Of a stretch of 64,000 bases of DNA, positions 25,101 through 34,422 are shown piece by piece. Each line of letters opens with the position of its first letter. Within the stretch, counting starts at the first letter, position 1. The notes under the pieces were generated by a model that saw nothing but the letters and a program-made list of their open reading frames with translations, was not told the origin of the DNA and ran no database searches. The position numbers and the translations under genes are program-made. Source of the stretch: an uncultured delta proteobacterium (lineage in GTDB: Bacteria; Desulfobacterota; RBG-13-43-22); assembly GCA_963790475.1 (NCBI GenBank), contig CAWBOS010000015.1:288001-352000 (forward strand), written 5' to 3'.

Positions 25101-26296
25101 TTGAAAAAAAGATTTTGGAAAAAATTATTGGCCACTTCCAGGGTCGGGGGATTACTGGGGCGCAATTTTTTATAAATCTCGATAATGGCCTCTTCGCTGC
25201 TGGAAATTTTGTCCATGACCAGGGTATCCCGAAGCGATGAACTGACGTTAATCCCGTCAATGAAAAGCAGATCAAAATAGGGAATCTTTTTTTGAATTAT
25301 CTGATCCAGTTTTTCTTTGGTCAGGGCCTCATTACCGGCGGCAATGATTTCGCCTGTTGCCGGATCAATCAAATCCTGAGCCAGGAAAAACCCTTCCAGG
25401 TCTTCATTTTTGGCAGCCAAAGAGGAAATCTTGGCCTCTTGAAGCATCTTGATGATCCGTTTATTTATTTTTTTGTTTTTTCTGGCAATGACTTCACCGG
25501 TCAAGGGATGGACAATGTCACGAGGCGCCTTTTTACCCAATAAAAAATCGGGATTGACTTCCCTTTTAAGCTTCCCGTCTTCAATCGTGATCCGTTCTCG
25601 TTCATAAAAGAAGTTCAGCAAATCCTGGTTGGAATATCCCAGGGCCTTTAATAATATGGTGATTGGAAATTTGCGACGACGGTCGATTCGGACATAGACG
25701 ATATTTTTGGCATCAAATTCCAGATCGATCCAGGATCCCCTTAAGGGAATAATCCGGGCCGAATACAATAAACGTCCGCTGCTGTGGGTCTTCCCTTTAT
25801 CGTGATCAAAGAATATTCCCGGGGAACGATGAAGCTGGCTGACCACCACGCGTTCCGTCCCGTTGATGATAAACGTCCCCTTGTCGGTCATCAAAGGGAT
25901 GGTCCCAAAATAGATGTCCTGTTCCTTGATATCCCGGATAGTCTGACTTCCGGTATCTTTGTCCAGATCGTAGACAATGAGGCGGACAGTGATTTTCATC
26001 GGCACTTCGTAGGTCATACCTCTCTGAAGACATTCCCCCACCTCATATTTAACCTCTCCAAAAGAATAACGGACGAACTCCAGGGAAGACATGCCGCTGA
26101 AATCCCTTATCGGAAAAACACTTTTAAATACCCCTTGAAGTCCCACTTTTTCCCGTTGTTCGGGGTCCGTCTGCTTTTGCAGGAATCGTTCGTAGGACTG
26201 TTTCTGCATATCAATTAAATTGGGAATATCGATGATTTTTTCGATACGCCCGAAATTTTTACGAAATCGAACGTTATGGATAGACCGTTCCTTCAT
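22157..26296 (-). CDS. rpoB: RNA polymerase beta subunit
   Basis: [34 protein letters not shown]. Confidence 0.99.
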   Translation of the reverse strand: MKERSIHNVRFRKNFGRIEKIIDIPNLIDMQKQSYERFLQKQTDPEQREKVGLQGVFKSVFPIRDFSGMSSLEFVRYSFGEVKYEVGECLQRGMTYEVPMKITVRLIVYDLDKDTGSQTIRDIKEQDIYFGTIPLMTDKGTFIINGTERVVVSQLHRSPGIFFDHDKGKTHSSGRLLYSARIIPLRGSWIDLEFDAKNIVYVRIDRRRKFPITILLKALGYSNQDLLNFFYERERITIEDGKLKREVNPDFLLGKKAPRDIVHPLTGEVIARKNKKINKRIIKMLQEAKISSLAAKNEDLEGFFLAQDLIDPATGEIIAAGNEALTKEKLDQIIQKKIPYFDLLFIDGINVSSSLRDTLVMDKISSSEEAIIEIYKKLRPSNPPTLEVANNFFQNLFFNSENYDLSSVGRLKLNRRLELDIPLTERTLRKEDILLTVKKLIELKDANGPVDDIDHLGNRRVRAVGELLENQYRIGLVRMERTIKERMTLQEIETLMPHDLINPKPVAAVVKEFFGTSQLSQFMDQTNPLSEITHKRRLSALGPGGLTRERAGFEVRDVHPTHYGRICPIETPEGPNIGLIVSLSTYARVNEFGFIETPYLLVKDGTVSREVNFLSAMDEKDLNIAQANVSVDKSGKIMDATVSARRDGEFVMVNQEEEPIHMMDVSPNQLVSVAASLIPFLENDDANRALMGSNMQRQAVPLLSCRAPIIGTGIEEVVARDSGVTVLAKRDGIVEDVDADRIVVRYLSGKESEKALGADVEIYKLTKFQRSNQNTCFNQKPIVRKGDLVGKSQVIADGPSTERGELALGRNVLVAFMSWGGYNFEDSILVGEHLVKDDAFTSIHIEEFELIARDTKLGREEITRDIPNLGDESLKNLDESGIISIGAEVTPGDILVGKITPKGETQLSPEEKLLRAIFGEKAGDVKDTSLRVPPGIEGIVIGANVFSRKGVERDARSRAIEEEEISRIMKDQNDEIQIVQREALLRLKKVLTGKISAGTVKEDRSGKVIISRGEKFTAERLSRIPVKKWKELSVAKGKELKEEVDKIIKDYQEQVVLIKESFEGKIAKLKRGDELPPGVVKMVKVYVAVKRKLSVGDKMAGRHGNKGVVSRILPTEDMPCFADGTPVDIVLNPLGVPSRMNVGQVMETHLGWVSRELGKKVADLLTTLGRDGETRRLIRKIYESKKVEEYVENLSEDYLPVLASQFQEGIHMATPVFDGAKEEDIERLLKLAGLKETGQAVLYDGRTGERFDREVTVGVMYMMKLHHLVDDKIHARSIGPYSLVTQQPLGGKAQFGGQRLGEMEVWAMEAYGAAFTLQEFLTVKSDDVVGRTRMYEKIVKGDNVLEAGLPESFNVLVKELQSLGLNVELLEGEPKAEPS

Positions 26297-26380
26297 TCTT
26301 GCTCCTTCTTTCGGTATCTAAGGAATTGTTATACCGCTAACCCTTATATGATGACCTATTGGAAGACTCACCTTGACGTA

Positions 26381-26443
26381 GAATCCTCACCTTCCCTTTT
26401 TTTACCCGGGTAACGGAGAAAAAAGAGGGAAAAGTGAGGATTC
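26381..26443 (-). promoter_or_regulatory. Long hairpin in the rplL-rpoB spacer (candidate attenuator/processing site)
   Basis: GAATCCTCAC ... GTGAGGATTC perfect 10-bp outer stem, inner T7/A6 pairing, central palindrome TTACCCGGGTAA. Confidence 0.5.
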
Positions 26444-26464
26444 AAAGTTTCCTAAAAAACGAAA

Positions 26465-26855
26465 TTATTTAATTTCTACCGTCGCGCCGGCCTCTTCCAG
26501 TTGTTTTTTTACCTTTTCGGCTTCTTCTTTGGAGATCCCCTTCTTTAATGGTGTTCGGCAGGCTCTCTACCGCATCCTTGGCCTCCTTGAGTCCCAGGCT
26601 GGTAATGGCCCGAACCTCTTTAATCACCTGGATCTTTTTCTCACCCACTCCGGTGATGATCACTGAAAATTCCGTCTGTTCCTCAACGGCCTGCGCTTCA
26701 GCGGGAGCTTGCCCCATGCCGGCCATGGCCATGACCGGAGCCGAGGCCTTAACGCCGAACTTATCTTCCAACTCTTTTACCAATTCCGACAGTTCCAAAA
26801 CCGTCATATTGGAAATAAACTCTATCACATCTTCTTTGGTTATTTTCTCAGCCAT
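26465..26855 (-). CDS. rplL: 50S ribosomal protein L7/L12 (apparent +1 in GGGG near 26540)
   Basis: [36 protein letters not shown]; removing one G restores [25 protein letters not shown] (TAA 26465-26467). Confidence 0.96.
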
Positions 26856-26882
26856 CTTAATAAATCCTCCTTCTTCTTTCTG

Positions 26883-27404
26883 TTAGGCCTCGGCTTTTTG
26901 TTCTTCAATAGCCTTTAAGGTCCCCATAAATTTCTGTATAATTCCGGCCAGGGTGGATACAAAACCCGTCGGCACGGCAATGAGTGAAGATAGTACCTGT
27001 CCCAATAACACTTCTCGGGGAGGCATTTTAGATAATTGACGGATCGCTTCCCCGGAAATGGGCTTCCCTTCCAATACCCCGCCCTTGAAGACAAAGGTCT
27101 CCCGGTCCTTAGAAAAATCCGCCAGGATCTTTGCGGCGGCCACCGGATCCTGGTAACTCAAGGTGATCCCGCAAGGACCGACAAAGAGATCTTTCAGTGA
27201 GGTCATCGGGGTTTCTTGAGCAGCCCGATTAAACAAGGTATTTTTTACTACCTGATACTCATCGCCACCCTGCCGCAGGTCGCGGCGCAAGCGGCTCAAC
27301 GACCCGACATTCAACCCCCGGAAGTCGGTAATAAAAACGGCCTTGGCCTGGGTTAAACGTTGATGGAGGTCGGTCACGATCTTTTCCTTCTCAGCCCGTT
27401 TCAA
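26883..27404 (-). CDS. rplJ: 50S ribosomal protein L10
   Basis: DFRGLNV, VVKNTL, position between rplA and rplL. Confidence 0.97.
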   Translation of the reverse strand: MKRAEKEKIVTDLHQRLTQAKAVFITDFRGLNVGSLSRLRRDLRQGGDEYQVVKNTLFNRAAQETPMTSLKDLFVGPCGITLSYQDPVAAAKILADFSKDRETFVFKGGVLEGKPISGEAIRQLSKMPPREVLLGQVLSSLIAVPTGFVSTLAGIIQKFMGTLKAIEEQKAEA

Positions 27405-27486
27405 CGATTGGTCCCTCCTTTCTTTTTAGGTTTTTATCAAGGTTTTAAAGTCCGTGACGACGACGGCTGAGTCCATTTCCCCCAGA

Positions 27487-27542
27487 GTCTCGGCAGGCTG
27501 AAAGGTTCATTTAGGCTTTTAAAGGCACCTGCGGTCTTCGAC
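27487..27542 (-). ncRNA. L10 leader (rplJL autoregulatory RNA)
   Basis: Minus strand GUCGAAGACCGCAGG...CCUGCCGAGAC upstream of rplJ, resembling the L10-leader core. Confidence 0.75.
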
Positions 27543-27559
27543 CCTAAAACCATATTGTG

Positions 27560-27648
27560 ATAGCTCATAGCTTGTAGCTCTTAGGCTTATAGGAAAAAAT
27601 GGGAAAAATTCCAAAAACTATGAGCTGTGAGCTATGACCTATGAGCTA
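27560..27648. repeat. Heptamer-built palindrome (TAGCTCA/TGAGCTA family) overlapping the rplA 3' end
   Basis: tagctca tagcttg tagctct ... ctatgag ctgtgag ctatgac ctatgag cta. Confidence 0.8.
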
Positions 27649-28358
27649 ATTACTATTTTGCCAATATCTTTAACAAACGCCGTATCTATTTTGATCCCTG
27701 GCCCCATAGTGGTAGAAATGGTTACGTTCTTCAGATAGGTCCCTTTGGCGCTGGAAGGTTTGAGTCGCACCAGGGTATCAAACAAGGACATGATATTAGG
27801 GATCAGTTTTTCCGCGCCGAAAGAAACCCGCCCGACCGGGGCATGAACAATCCCATTTTTTTCGGCCCGAAACTCAATCTTTCCGGCCTTGATCTCCTTA
27901 ACCGCCTTGGCCACATCAAAGGTTACGGTCCCGGTCTTGGCATTGGGCATCAACCCCCTGGGACCTAAGATCTTCCCGATCTTTCCCACTGTACCCATCA
28001 AATCCGGGGTGGCCACGGCCTTGTCAAAATCTGTCCAGCCGGCCTTGATTTTTTCAACAATCTCTTCCGCCCCTACGAAATCGGCCCCGGCCTCCAGGGC
28101 TTCCCTCTCCTTTTCCCCTTTGGCAAAGACCAGAACCCGGGTGGTCTTTCCCGTCCCGTTGGGTAAGACGACGGCCCCCCGCACCATTTGATCGGCATGT
28201 CGAGGGTCGACCCCCAATCGAACCGCCAGGTCCACGGTTTCATCGAAGCGGGTAAAAGAAGAGGATAAGGCCAACTGAATCGCTTCTTCCAGGGGGTAGC
28301 GTTTGGTTCGATCCACCTGGTCAACGGCTTTTTTATATTTTTTCCCTCTATCTGACAT
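27639..28358 (-). CDS. rplA: 50S ribosomal protein L1
   Basis: [40 protein letters not shown]. Confidence 0.99.
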   Translation of the reverse strand: MSDRGKKYKKAVDQVDRTKRYPLEEAIQLALSSSFTRFDETVDLAVRLGVDPRHADQMVRGAVVLPNGTGKTTRVLVFAKGEKEREALEAGADFVGAEEIVEKIKAGWTDFDKAVATPDLMGTVGKIGKILGPRGLMPNAKTGTVTFDVAKAVKEIKAGKIEFRAEKNGIVHAPVGRVSFGAEKLIPNIMSLFDTLVRLKPSSAKGTYLKNVTISTTMGPGIKIDTAFVKDIGKIVISS

Positions 28359-28386
28359 AATGTTCTAACCTACCTCTCTAAGAATC

Positions 28387-28809
28387 TTATCCAATCTCAA
28401 TCCCCATGCTGAGCGCTGTCCCTTCAATGATCTTTTTGGCAGCGTCCAGGGTATTGGCATTTAAATCAGGCATTTTTAGTTTTGCGATTTCTTCGATTTG
28501 GGTTGGAGTGACTTTGCCGACTTTATCCCGATTTGGTATTTTGGAACCCTTGGCTATCTGCGCGGCCTTTTTTAACAATATCGATGCCGGCGGGGTTTTG
28601 GTGATAAAGGTAAAGGACCGATCGGAAAAAACAGTGATCACCACCGGGATAATCATGCCTTCCTGGCCTTGGGTTCGGGCATTAAAAGCCTTACAAAACT
28701 CCATGATATTAACTCCGTGCTGACCCAGGGCCGGACCTATCGGCGGAGAGGGATTGGCTTGGGCCGCTGGTACCTGAAGTTTAATATAGCCGACGATTTT
28801 CTTAGCCAT
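28387..28809 (-). CDS. rplK: 50S ribosomal protein L11
   Basis: [26 protein letters not shown]. Confidence 0.99.
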   Translation of the reverse strand: MAKKIVGYIKLQVPAAQANPSPPIGPALGQHGVNIMEFCKAFNARTQGQEGMIIPVVITVFSDRSFTFITKTPPASILLKKAAQIAKGSKIPNRDKVGKVTPTQIEEIAKLKMPDLNANTLDAAKKIIEGTALSMGIEIG

Positions 28810-28839
28810 TATTTATGTTCTCCTTCGTTTATCAAAAAA

Positions 28840-28927
28840 GAATTCAGAAGTCAGGAGCCAGAAGTCAGAATAAAATCTTGATAGAAACAACCCCTTATTC
28901 TGGCTTCTGACTCCTGAATTCTGATCC
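28840..28927. repeat. Heptamer-built palindrome (AGTCAGA/TCTGACT family)
   Basis: attcaga agtcagg agccaga agtcaga ata ... tat tctggct tctgact cctgaat tctgatc in the nusG-rplK spacer. Confidence 0.85.
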
Positions 28928-28931
28928 TGCT

Positions 28932-29462
28932 TTACATCTTCGCCACTTGAACAAAGTCGAGTTCAACAGGGGTGGCCCGGCCGAAGATACTGATTAAGAC
29001 CTTGATTTTCCCCTTATCCGGTTTGACCTCTTCAACCACTCCGTTAAAATTAGAAAAAGGTCCATCGATCACCCGCACTTCGTCACCCTCTTCAAAAAAG
29101 AATTTGGGTTTTGGTTTAATGGCCCCTTCGGCCATTTGTTCGATGACCTTCATTGCCTCATCATCGGGTATAGGAACCGGCCTGTTTTTTTCTCCAATAA
29201 ATCCGGTTACTTTAGGAGTATCTTTGACCAAATGCCAGGTCTCATCATTGAGTTCCATGCGGACCAGGATATAACCCGGATAAAATTTTCGGGAGGAAGT
29301 CTTGCGTTCCCCCTTGACCAATTCCACCACCTTTTCAGTGGGAACCAGGATATTGGAAAACAAATCTTCTTTCCCCAAGGATTTGATATGCTCTTCCAAG
29401 GCCATCTTAACCTTGTGTTCAAAACCGGAATAGGTATGAACGATATACCATTTGTGTTCCAC
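28932..29462 (-). CDS. nusG: Transcription factor NusG
   Basis: [44 protein letters not shown]. Confidence 0.99.
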   Translation of the reverse strand: MEHKWYIVHTYSGFEHKVKMALEEHIKSLGKEDLFSNILVPTEKVVELVKGERKTSSRKFYPGYILVRMELNDETWHLVKDTPKVTGFIGEKNRPVPIPDDEAMKVIEQMAEGAIKPKPKFFFEEGDEVRVIDGPFSNFNGVVEEVKPDKGKIKVLISIFGRATPVELDFVQVAKM

Positions 29463-29482
29463 AGGCCCGCCTTTTTATATTA

Positions 29483-29869
29483 TTATCTTTTTAAGATTAT
29501 CGCGACTGCCTTGGACAGCCCTATATCCAATAATCCCAGAAAAAAAGCGACCAGAACGGATAAAATAATCACCATGCCGGTTGCCGCGATGGTTTCTTTT
29601 CTGGAAGGCCAGGTTACCTTTTTGAGTTCAACGCGAACCTCGCGCAAGAAATCTTTGACCTGACCTATCCATTGGATTTTTCCAACCCATTTGGTGGCCA
29701 ACCCTTCTTCCGGTCCTTCTTTAAGGGCCGGTTTTTTAAGATTTCCCTTATCGTTCCCTTTGGGCACAATCGAAACTTCATTTTCTTTTCCCGGTCCGTC
29801 CACCTTATTCAGGGACTTGGTTTCGGGTTCGATCATTCCCTGCTTCTTTTTCGTCTTGACCTTCTTCAT
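29483..29869 (-). CDS. secE: Preprotein translocase SecE (single TM, long basic N-terminal extension)
   Basis: FLREVRVELKKVTWPSRKET followed by a hydrophobic helix. Confidence 0.95.
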   Translation of the reverse strand: MKKVKTKKKQGMIEPETKSLNKVDGPGKENEVSIVPKGNDKGNLKKPALKEGPEEGLATKWVGKIQWIGQVKDFLREVRVELKKVTWPSRKETIAATGMVIILSVLVAFFLGLLDIGLSKAVAIILKR

Positions 29870-29910
29870 ACAATACCAGGGCCTCTTAGATTTTAAATTC
29901 CAGATAGTAT

Positions 29911-29987
29911 TGGCAGGCCAGGAGGGATTCGAACCCCCAACACCCGGATTTGGAGTCCGGTGCTCTAACCATTAGAGCTACTGGCCT
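29911..29987 (-). tRNA. trnW: tRNA-Trp (CCA)
   Basis: AGGCCAG...CCGGA CT CCA AA TCCGG...GGTTCGAATCC...CTGGCCTGCCA. Confidence 0.97.
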
Positions 29988-30014
29988 GTAAGACCAGATA
30001 ATCACCCCTTGGAC

Positions 30015-30164
30015 CTATTTGGTTTCCTTGTGCGCAGTATGGGTCTGGCAAGAAGGACAATATTTTTTGAACTCTAACTTATCCGGGGTTTTCTTTTTAT
30101 TCTTGGTAGTGGTGTAGTTCTTTCTTTTACATCCGGTACATGACAAAATGACTATATCTCGCAT
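30015..30164 (-). CDS. rpmG: 50S ribosomal protein L33 (Zn type)
   Basis: Not in ORF track; [49 protein letters not shown]. Confidence 0.97.
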   Translation of the reverse strand: MRDIVILSCTGCKRKNYTTTKNKKKTPDKLEFKKYCPSCQTHTAHKETK

Positions 30165-30185
30165 GATTGATCCTTTATATAAACA

Positions 30186-30262
30186 GACTGAAGGTATTTA
30201 GGCTGAAGGCTGAAGGTAAATCTTTTTAATCCTTTTCGACCTTCGGTCTAATTGCCTTCAGA
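30186..30262. repeat. Heptamer-built palindrome (GGCTGAA family)
   Basis: gactgaa ggtattta ggctgaa ggctgaa ... ccttcgg tctaattg ccttcag; the tuf-proximal arm is identical to the one at 13458-13490. Confidence 0.7.
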
Positions 30263-30272
30263 CCGATTTTTC

Positions 30273-31472
30273 CTATTCAATAATCTCCGAGATGACACCG
30301 GCGCCGACGGTGCGGCCCCCTTCCCGGATGGCAAAACGAAGCTCCTTCTCCATGGCAATCGGGGTAATCAACGATATATCCACCGATACATTGTCTCCCG
30401 GCATCACCATCTCCACTCCTTCCGGCAGCGTCACCACCCCGGTCACGTCCGTCGTTCGAAAATAAAACTGCGGCCGATACCCGTTGAAAAACGGCGTGTG
30501 CCGGCCTCCTTCTTCCTTGGCCAGGATATAGGCCTCGGCCTTAAACTTGGTGTGCGGTGTGATGCTCCCCGGCTTGGCCACTACCTGCCCCCGCTCTACA
30601 TCGTCGCGCTTCGTCCCCCGAAGCAATAACCCTAAATTGTCTCCCGCCTGCCCATGGTCCAGGGTCTTCCGGAACATTTCCACCCCGGTGCAGATCGTCT
30701 TCACCGTCGGCCGGATACCGATTATCTCCACTTCGTCCCCGACCTTCACCTGTCCCCGTTCCACCCGGCCCGTGACCACCGTTCCCCGGCCCGAGATGCT
30801 GAATACATCCTCCACCGGCATCAAAAACGGCTTCTCAATATCCCGCACCGGTTCCGGTACAAACTTGTCCACCGCATCCATCAGCTCCAATATCGGCTTG
30901 CAATTATTACATTCCTCTTTCCCGCAGCCGCATTCCAGGGCCTTTAACGCCGACCCTTTCACAATCGGTATCTCGTCCCCCGGAAATTCATACTTGGTCA
31001 GTAACTCCCGCAGCTCCAACTCCACCAGCTCTATCAATTCCGGATCATCGACCATGTCCACCTTGTTCAAAAATACCACAATATAGGGCACTCCTACCTG
31101 CCGCGCCAATAATATATGCTCCCTCGTCTGCGGCATCGGCCCGTCATCGGCCCCCACCACCAGTATCGCCCCGTCCATCTGGGCCGCTCCGGTGATCATG
31201 TTCTTGATATAATCCGCATGCCCCGGACAATCCACATGCGCATAATGTCGGCTCTTCGTCTCGTACTCCACATGCGCCGTCGCTATCGTGATCCCTCGCT
31301 CTTTCTCTTCCGGTGCCTTGTCGATCTGGTCAAACGGGACATAACTCGCCATCCCGCTCTTCGATAAACATAAGGTGATCGCCGCCGTTAACGTCGTCTT
31401 CCCATGATCTATATGCCCTATCGTCCCTACATTCACATGCGGCTTCGTCCGCTCAAATTTCTTCTTCGACAT
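30273..31472 (-). CDS. tuf: Elongation factor Tu (tRNA/secE cluster copy)
   Basis: Protein identical to 13491-14690. Confidence 0.99.
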   Translation of the reverse strand: MSKKKFERTKPHVNVGTIGHIDHGKTTLTAAITLCLSKSGMASYVPFDQIDKAPEEKERGITIATAHVEYETKSRHYAHVDCPGHADYIKNMITGAAQMDGAILVVGADDGPMPQTREHILLARQVGVPYIVVFLNKVDMVDDPELIELVELELRELLTKYEFPGDEIPIVKGSALKALECGCGKEECNNCKPILELMDAVDKFVPEPVRDIEKPFLMPVEDVFSISGRGTVVTGRVERGQVKVGDEVEIIGIRPTVKTICTGVEMFRKTLDHGQAGDNLGLLLRGTKRDDVERGQVVAKPGSITPHTKFKAEAYILAKEEGGRHTPFFNGYRPQFYFRTTDVTGVVTLPEGVEMVMPGDNVSVDISLITPIAMEKELRFAIREGGRTVGAGVISEIIE

Positions 31473-31622
31473 CTCCCCGCCTCCCTTTGGTTAAAAATTT
31501 AATCCTCTAGGTTGAAATTATTGGATGGCCGGCTCCGCCTGGGCGGGCTGACCTTTTGTGTGATAATTTTGCCTTCGTTTTTATCGTTGTCAGCGCTTCA
31601 ACTGAATATCAAAAAATTATTT

Positions 31623-31699
<77 letters not shown>

Positions 31700-31755
31700 C
31701 CTGTTCTTTATTGGCCTATTTATCCTTTTGGATTCGACAACGCCTTTAATTTTTT

Positions 31756-31832
31756 TGGAGCGGGAAACGGGATTCGAACCCGCGACCCTCAGCTTGGAAG
31801 GCTGACGCTCTAGCCAACTGAGCTACTCCCGC
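31756..31832 (-). tRNA. trnG: tRNA-Gly (TCC)
   Basis: GCGGGAG...TCAGC CT TCC AA GCTGA...GGTTCGAATCC...CCCGCTCCA. Confidence 0.97.
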
Positions 31833-31958
31833 TTTTTGTGGTTGAGGAAAAGAGAACCTATGGCTGTAGTTTTAACAATACGGCTCTACTTACCCTATCT
31901 CCTACACCCTTTCCCATTGCCGGGCCTCCCGTCAATGGATACCATACCCTTTCTTGGC

Positions 31959-32043
31959 TGGTGGAGGGGGGAGGATTCGAACCTCCGAAGGCATGGCCGA
32001 CAGATTTACAGTCTGTTCCCTTTGACCGCTCGGGAACCCCTCC
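31959..32043 (-). tRNA. trnY: tRNA-Tyr (GTA)
   Basis: GGAGGGG...ACAGA CT GTA AA TCTGT, long variable arm, ...CCCTCCACCA. Confidence 0.97.
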
Positions 32044-32061
32044 CAATGTGGATTCAAATAA

Positions 32062-32215
32062 GATGGACTCGTAAAAAGTCCATCAACAGGCCGAGGACGA
32101 ATAAGTCAGGCCTGGGGTGAAGGTGGAACCACTTGAATTCACTTCAAGTGGCGGGAGAGGGGAAGCCCTTTCCCGCCTCGTGAAAAGTCGTTTTCTGACT
32201 TTTTACGAGGTTATC
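32062..32215. mobile_element. 154-bp MITE-like element in the tRNA-Thr/tRNA-Tyr spacer
   Basis: TIRs GATGGACTCGTAAAAAGTC vs reverse complement GATAACCTCGTAAAAAGTC (16/19, inner 13 perfect); internal hairpins CCACTTGAA/TTCAAGTGG and GGCGGGA/TCCCGCC. Confidence 0.7.
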
Positions 32216-32280
32216 AACTAAAAATGTGTTACAGAAAAAAAATATCAACCTGTATGCTTTTGTTACCGAAACACCCTTCC

Positions 32281-32357
32281 TGGAGCCAGCGAAGGGATTC
32301 GAACCCCCGACCAACTGATTACAAATCAGTCGCTCTACCGGACTGAGCTACGCTGGC
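32281..32357 (-). tRNA. trnT: tRNA-Thr (TGT)
   Basis: GCCAGCG...ACTGA TT TGT AA TCAGT...GGTTCGAATCC...GCTGGCTCCA. Confidence 0.97.
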
Positions 32358-32608
32358 CGAATAGCCTGAAGTTAAGCTTTTTATTGTAACTTATTGAAAA
32401 TGATATTCAACAAATTTTTTTTCGGTGTTTTCCTGATAAAAAATCTCGTTTTCACATAAAGCAGGAAAAAACAGAAACCGAACCCCTATAAATTTATTTA
32501 TTTATTAAATTCGGCAGGTTAGTGATTGAATGGGTATATTTTTCCGGCTTGTAAATTAATTATTATATATCTTTTTCCTCAAACTTCAATAAAAAAATTA
32601 AAGCTCGA

Positions 32609-33442
32609 TTATTTTTCCCCCCAGACACGCCGGCTGCGATCGATTTTTTTTCTGACAATATCCCAGGTAGGTGTTTTCAGAAATGATTCCGTCCAGCGCG
32701 AAACCATCCGGCGAAACATTTCAAAGGGGACCGTGAAGGAAATTTCATCCGGTTTCATGAACTTACGATCCGAAGGGTCCCATCCTCCCAAAACCGCTTT
32801 AAGTTTTCCTTCCGCCTGATACTTCAAGGGCCAGGTCACAATATTGGTACATCCGGCCCCAAACGGGGAAGAAACCGCTTCGAAATCATTGGTGACAAAG
32901 ACGGCCAATTGATTAAATCCGCAAATGATTTCTCCGCGGGCAAAAAAGATGACCAGTTCAGGCTCTTCCGAAGAAGCAAATTGACTTAAGGGTTTAAAAA
33001 CACAATAACGGGCCGGCGCCGGTCTGGGGTCCACCTCCTGAAAGAATCTCCGGGATACATCGGCTGATTCCAGATAATGTTCACCCTGGATTTGATTGGG
33101 GATACCGGAGGAGATATAATGAGCAATGAACTCCAGTTGCGGTTTTAAGAAACCCAGATAAAAGGCCCCGCCCAGGCAACCAAACCTTTCCCGGTCAAAA
33201 TAGGCCGCAGTCTTCATTCTCCTGGCCCGCCAGATATTGCCCATAACACAGGAAAAGTCTCCCCAAATAGAACCCCAGTTGATTTCTCCTCTTTTCTCCA
33301 TCTCGCTGGTCGGCAGATTACCCGGATTGGGAGAATACCCTTTTACTGGTTCCTGATCGGTATAAAACATCCCAAAAGGTTCTTCCGGCAACCCCAGCCG
33401 CTCAAAAAAATCCTTCATGCCCTCAGTTATCTTTTTATCCAT
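32609..33442 (-). CDS. DUF169-family protein
   Basis: CVMGNIWRAR, FGCLGGAFYLGF, PFGAGC, LGGWDPSDR, EISFTVP pattern; ATG at 33442 with GGGG RBS. Confidence 0.7.
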   Translation of the reverse strand: MDKKITEGMKDFFERLGLPEEPFGMFYTDQEPVKGYSPNPGNLPTSEMEKRGEINWGSIWGDFSCVMGNIWRARRMKTAAYFDRERFGCLGGAFYLGFLKPQLEFIAHYISSGIPNQIQGEHYLESADVSRRFFQEVDPRPAPARYCVFKPLSQFASSEEPELVIFFARGEIICGFNQLAVFVTNDFEAVSSPFGAGCTNIVTWPLKYQAEGKLKAVLGGWDPSDRKFMKPDEISFTVPFEMFRRMVSRWTESFLKTPTWDIVRKKIDRSRRVWGEK

Positions 33443-33543
33443 GATCGGCACCCCTTTGATTATTTAATGATTTCATCATAACAGATTCCTAACCCAAATG
33501 GCCAGACTTATCATAGCATTTTATCCCTAAAATCTACAAACCC

Positions 33544-33576
33544 TTGACAATCCCGAACTACACGTATAATATACGT
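33544..33576 (+). promoter_or_regulatory. Sigma70 promoter with palindromic operator of the TA operon
   Basis: TTGACA at 33544; TATAAT at 33565 (15-nt spacer) or TAATAT at 33567 (17-nt); palindrome ACGTATA-A-TATACGT 33562-33576; GGAGG RBS follows. Confidence 0.7.
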
Positions 33577-33590
33577 ATAGGAGGTGTGTC

Positions 33591-33821
33591 ATGCAAAAGA
33601 AATTAACAATAACCGTTGACGAAGAAGTATATAACGGTCTTCGCAAAACAATCGGACCTCGTAAAATTAGTAGATTCGTTCAAGAGATAGTCCGACCCCA
33701 TGTTGTCAGACCTAATCTGGAAGCGGCCTACGCAGAAATGGCGAAAGATGAAAAACGGGAGAAGGAAGCCGCCAAGTGGGCCGAAATAACCTTTCAGGAC
33801 CAGGCTCATGAAACGGCGTGA
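33591..33821 (+). CDS. Type II antitoxin (RHH/CopG-like)
   Basis: [14 protein letters not shown]...[22 protein letters not shown]; overlaps the downstream toxin. Confidence 0.8.
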   Translation: MQKKLTITVDEEVYNGLRKTIGPRKISRFVQEIVRPHVVRPNLEAAYAEMAKDEKREKEAAKWAEITFQDQAHETA

Positions 33822-34131
33822 AGTTTGGTGGGTTAACTTTGATCCCTCAATAGGCGGGGAGATAAGAAAAAAGCGTCCGGCCGTCATCGTCAGTAATGAT
33901 GCTTCAAACCGATTCCTTAATCGGGTACAGGTGGTTCCCCTTACCAGCAACATGGATAAGCTTTATCCCAGTGAGGCGGCAGTAGTTTTTGAAGGTAAAG
34001 AAAGTAAAGCTATGGCTGACCAGTTGGCGACGGTCAGCAAAGAGAGACTTTTTTTGCGGGCGGGCACTTTATCTCAAAGTGATATGCGAAAAGTGGAAAA
34101 AGCCATCAAGATCCAACTGGATATTCCTTAA
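33808..34131 (+). CDS. mazF: PemK/MazF-family endoribonuclease toxin
   Basis: [44 protein letters not shown]. Confidence 0.92.
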   Translation: MKRREVWWVNFDPSIGGEIRKKRPAVIVSNDASNRFLNRVQVVPLTSNMDKLYPSEAAVVFEGKESKAMADQLATVSKERLFLRAGTLSQSDMRKVEKAIKIQLDIP

Positions 34132-34136
34132 GGCAC

Positions 34137-34422
34137 GTGAAGGTGCTGTTCAGTGCTGACTGGCGGAGTTTCGGTGTGTTTGGCCCCTATGCCTACTACT
34201 ATGATTCGGAAAGTGTACGTTCTGAATCCAATGGGATTAATGTATGGGTCAGATATGTCGTAACAAGTGAAGAAAGTAGAAACTGGGTTTTTCAGAATAG
34301 AAAAAAACAAAGCGTGTCCACAAAAGGGTATGACGGTTATGCCCAGAGTCTTGCCCTATGGGTTATAGAATGTTCGAATGGTAAGTTGGGCGTTTTGAAA
34401 GGAAATGATTATGACAGTAATG
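34137..34422 (+). pseudogene. Fragment of a surface-adhesin-E-like secreted protein (both ends missing)
   Basis: ADW...YYYDSESV...VWVRY...SLALWVIECSNG...DYDSNG pattern; no full signal peptide; runs into the DUF362 fragment. Confidence 0.5.

Noticed and set aside
29660-29869. Long basic N-terminal extension of SecE
   Set aside because: Low-complexity, variable region that I recall in other SecE proteins of this group; no motif to support a new function.
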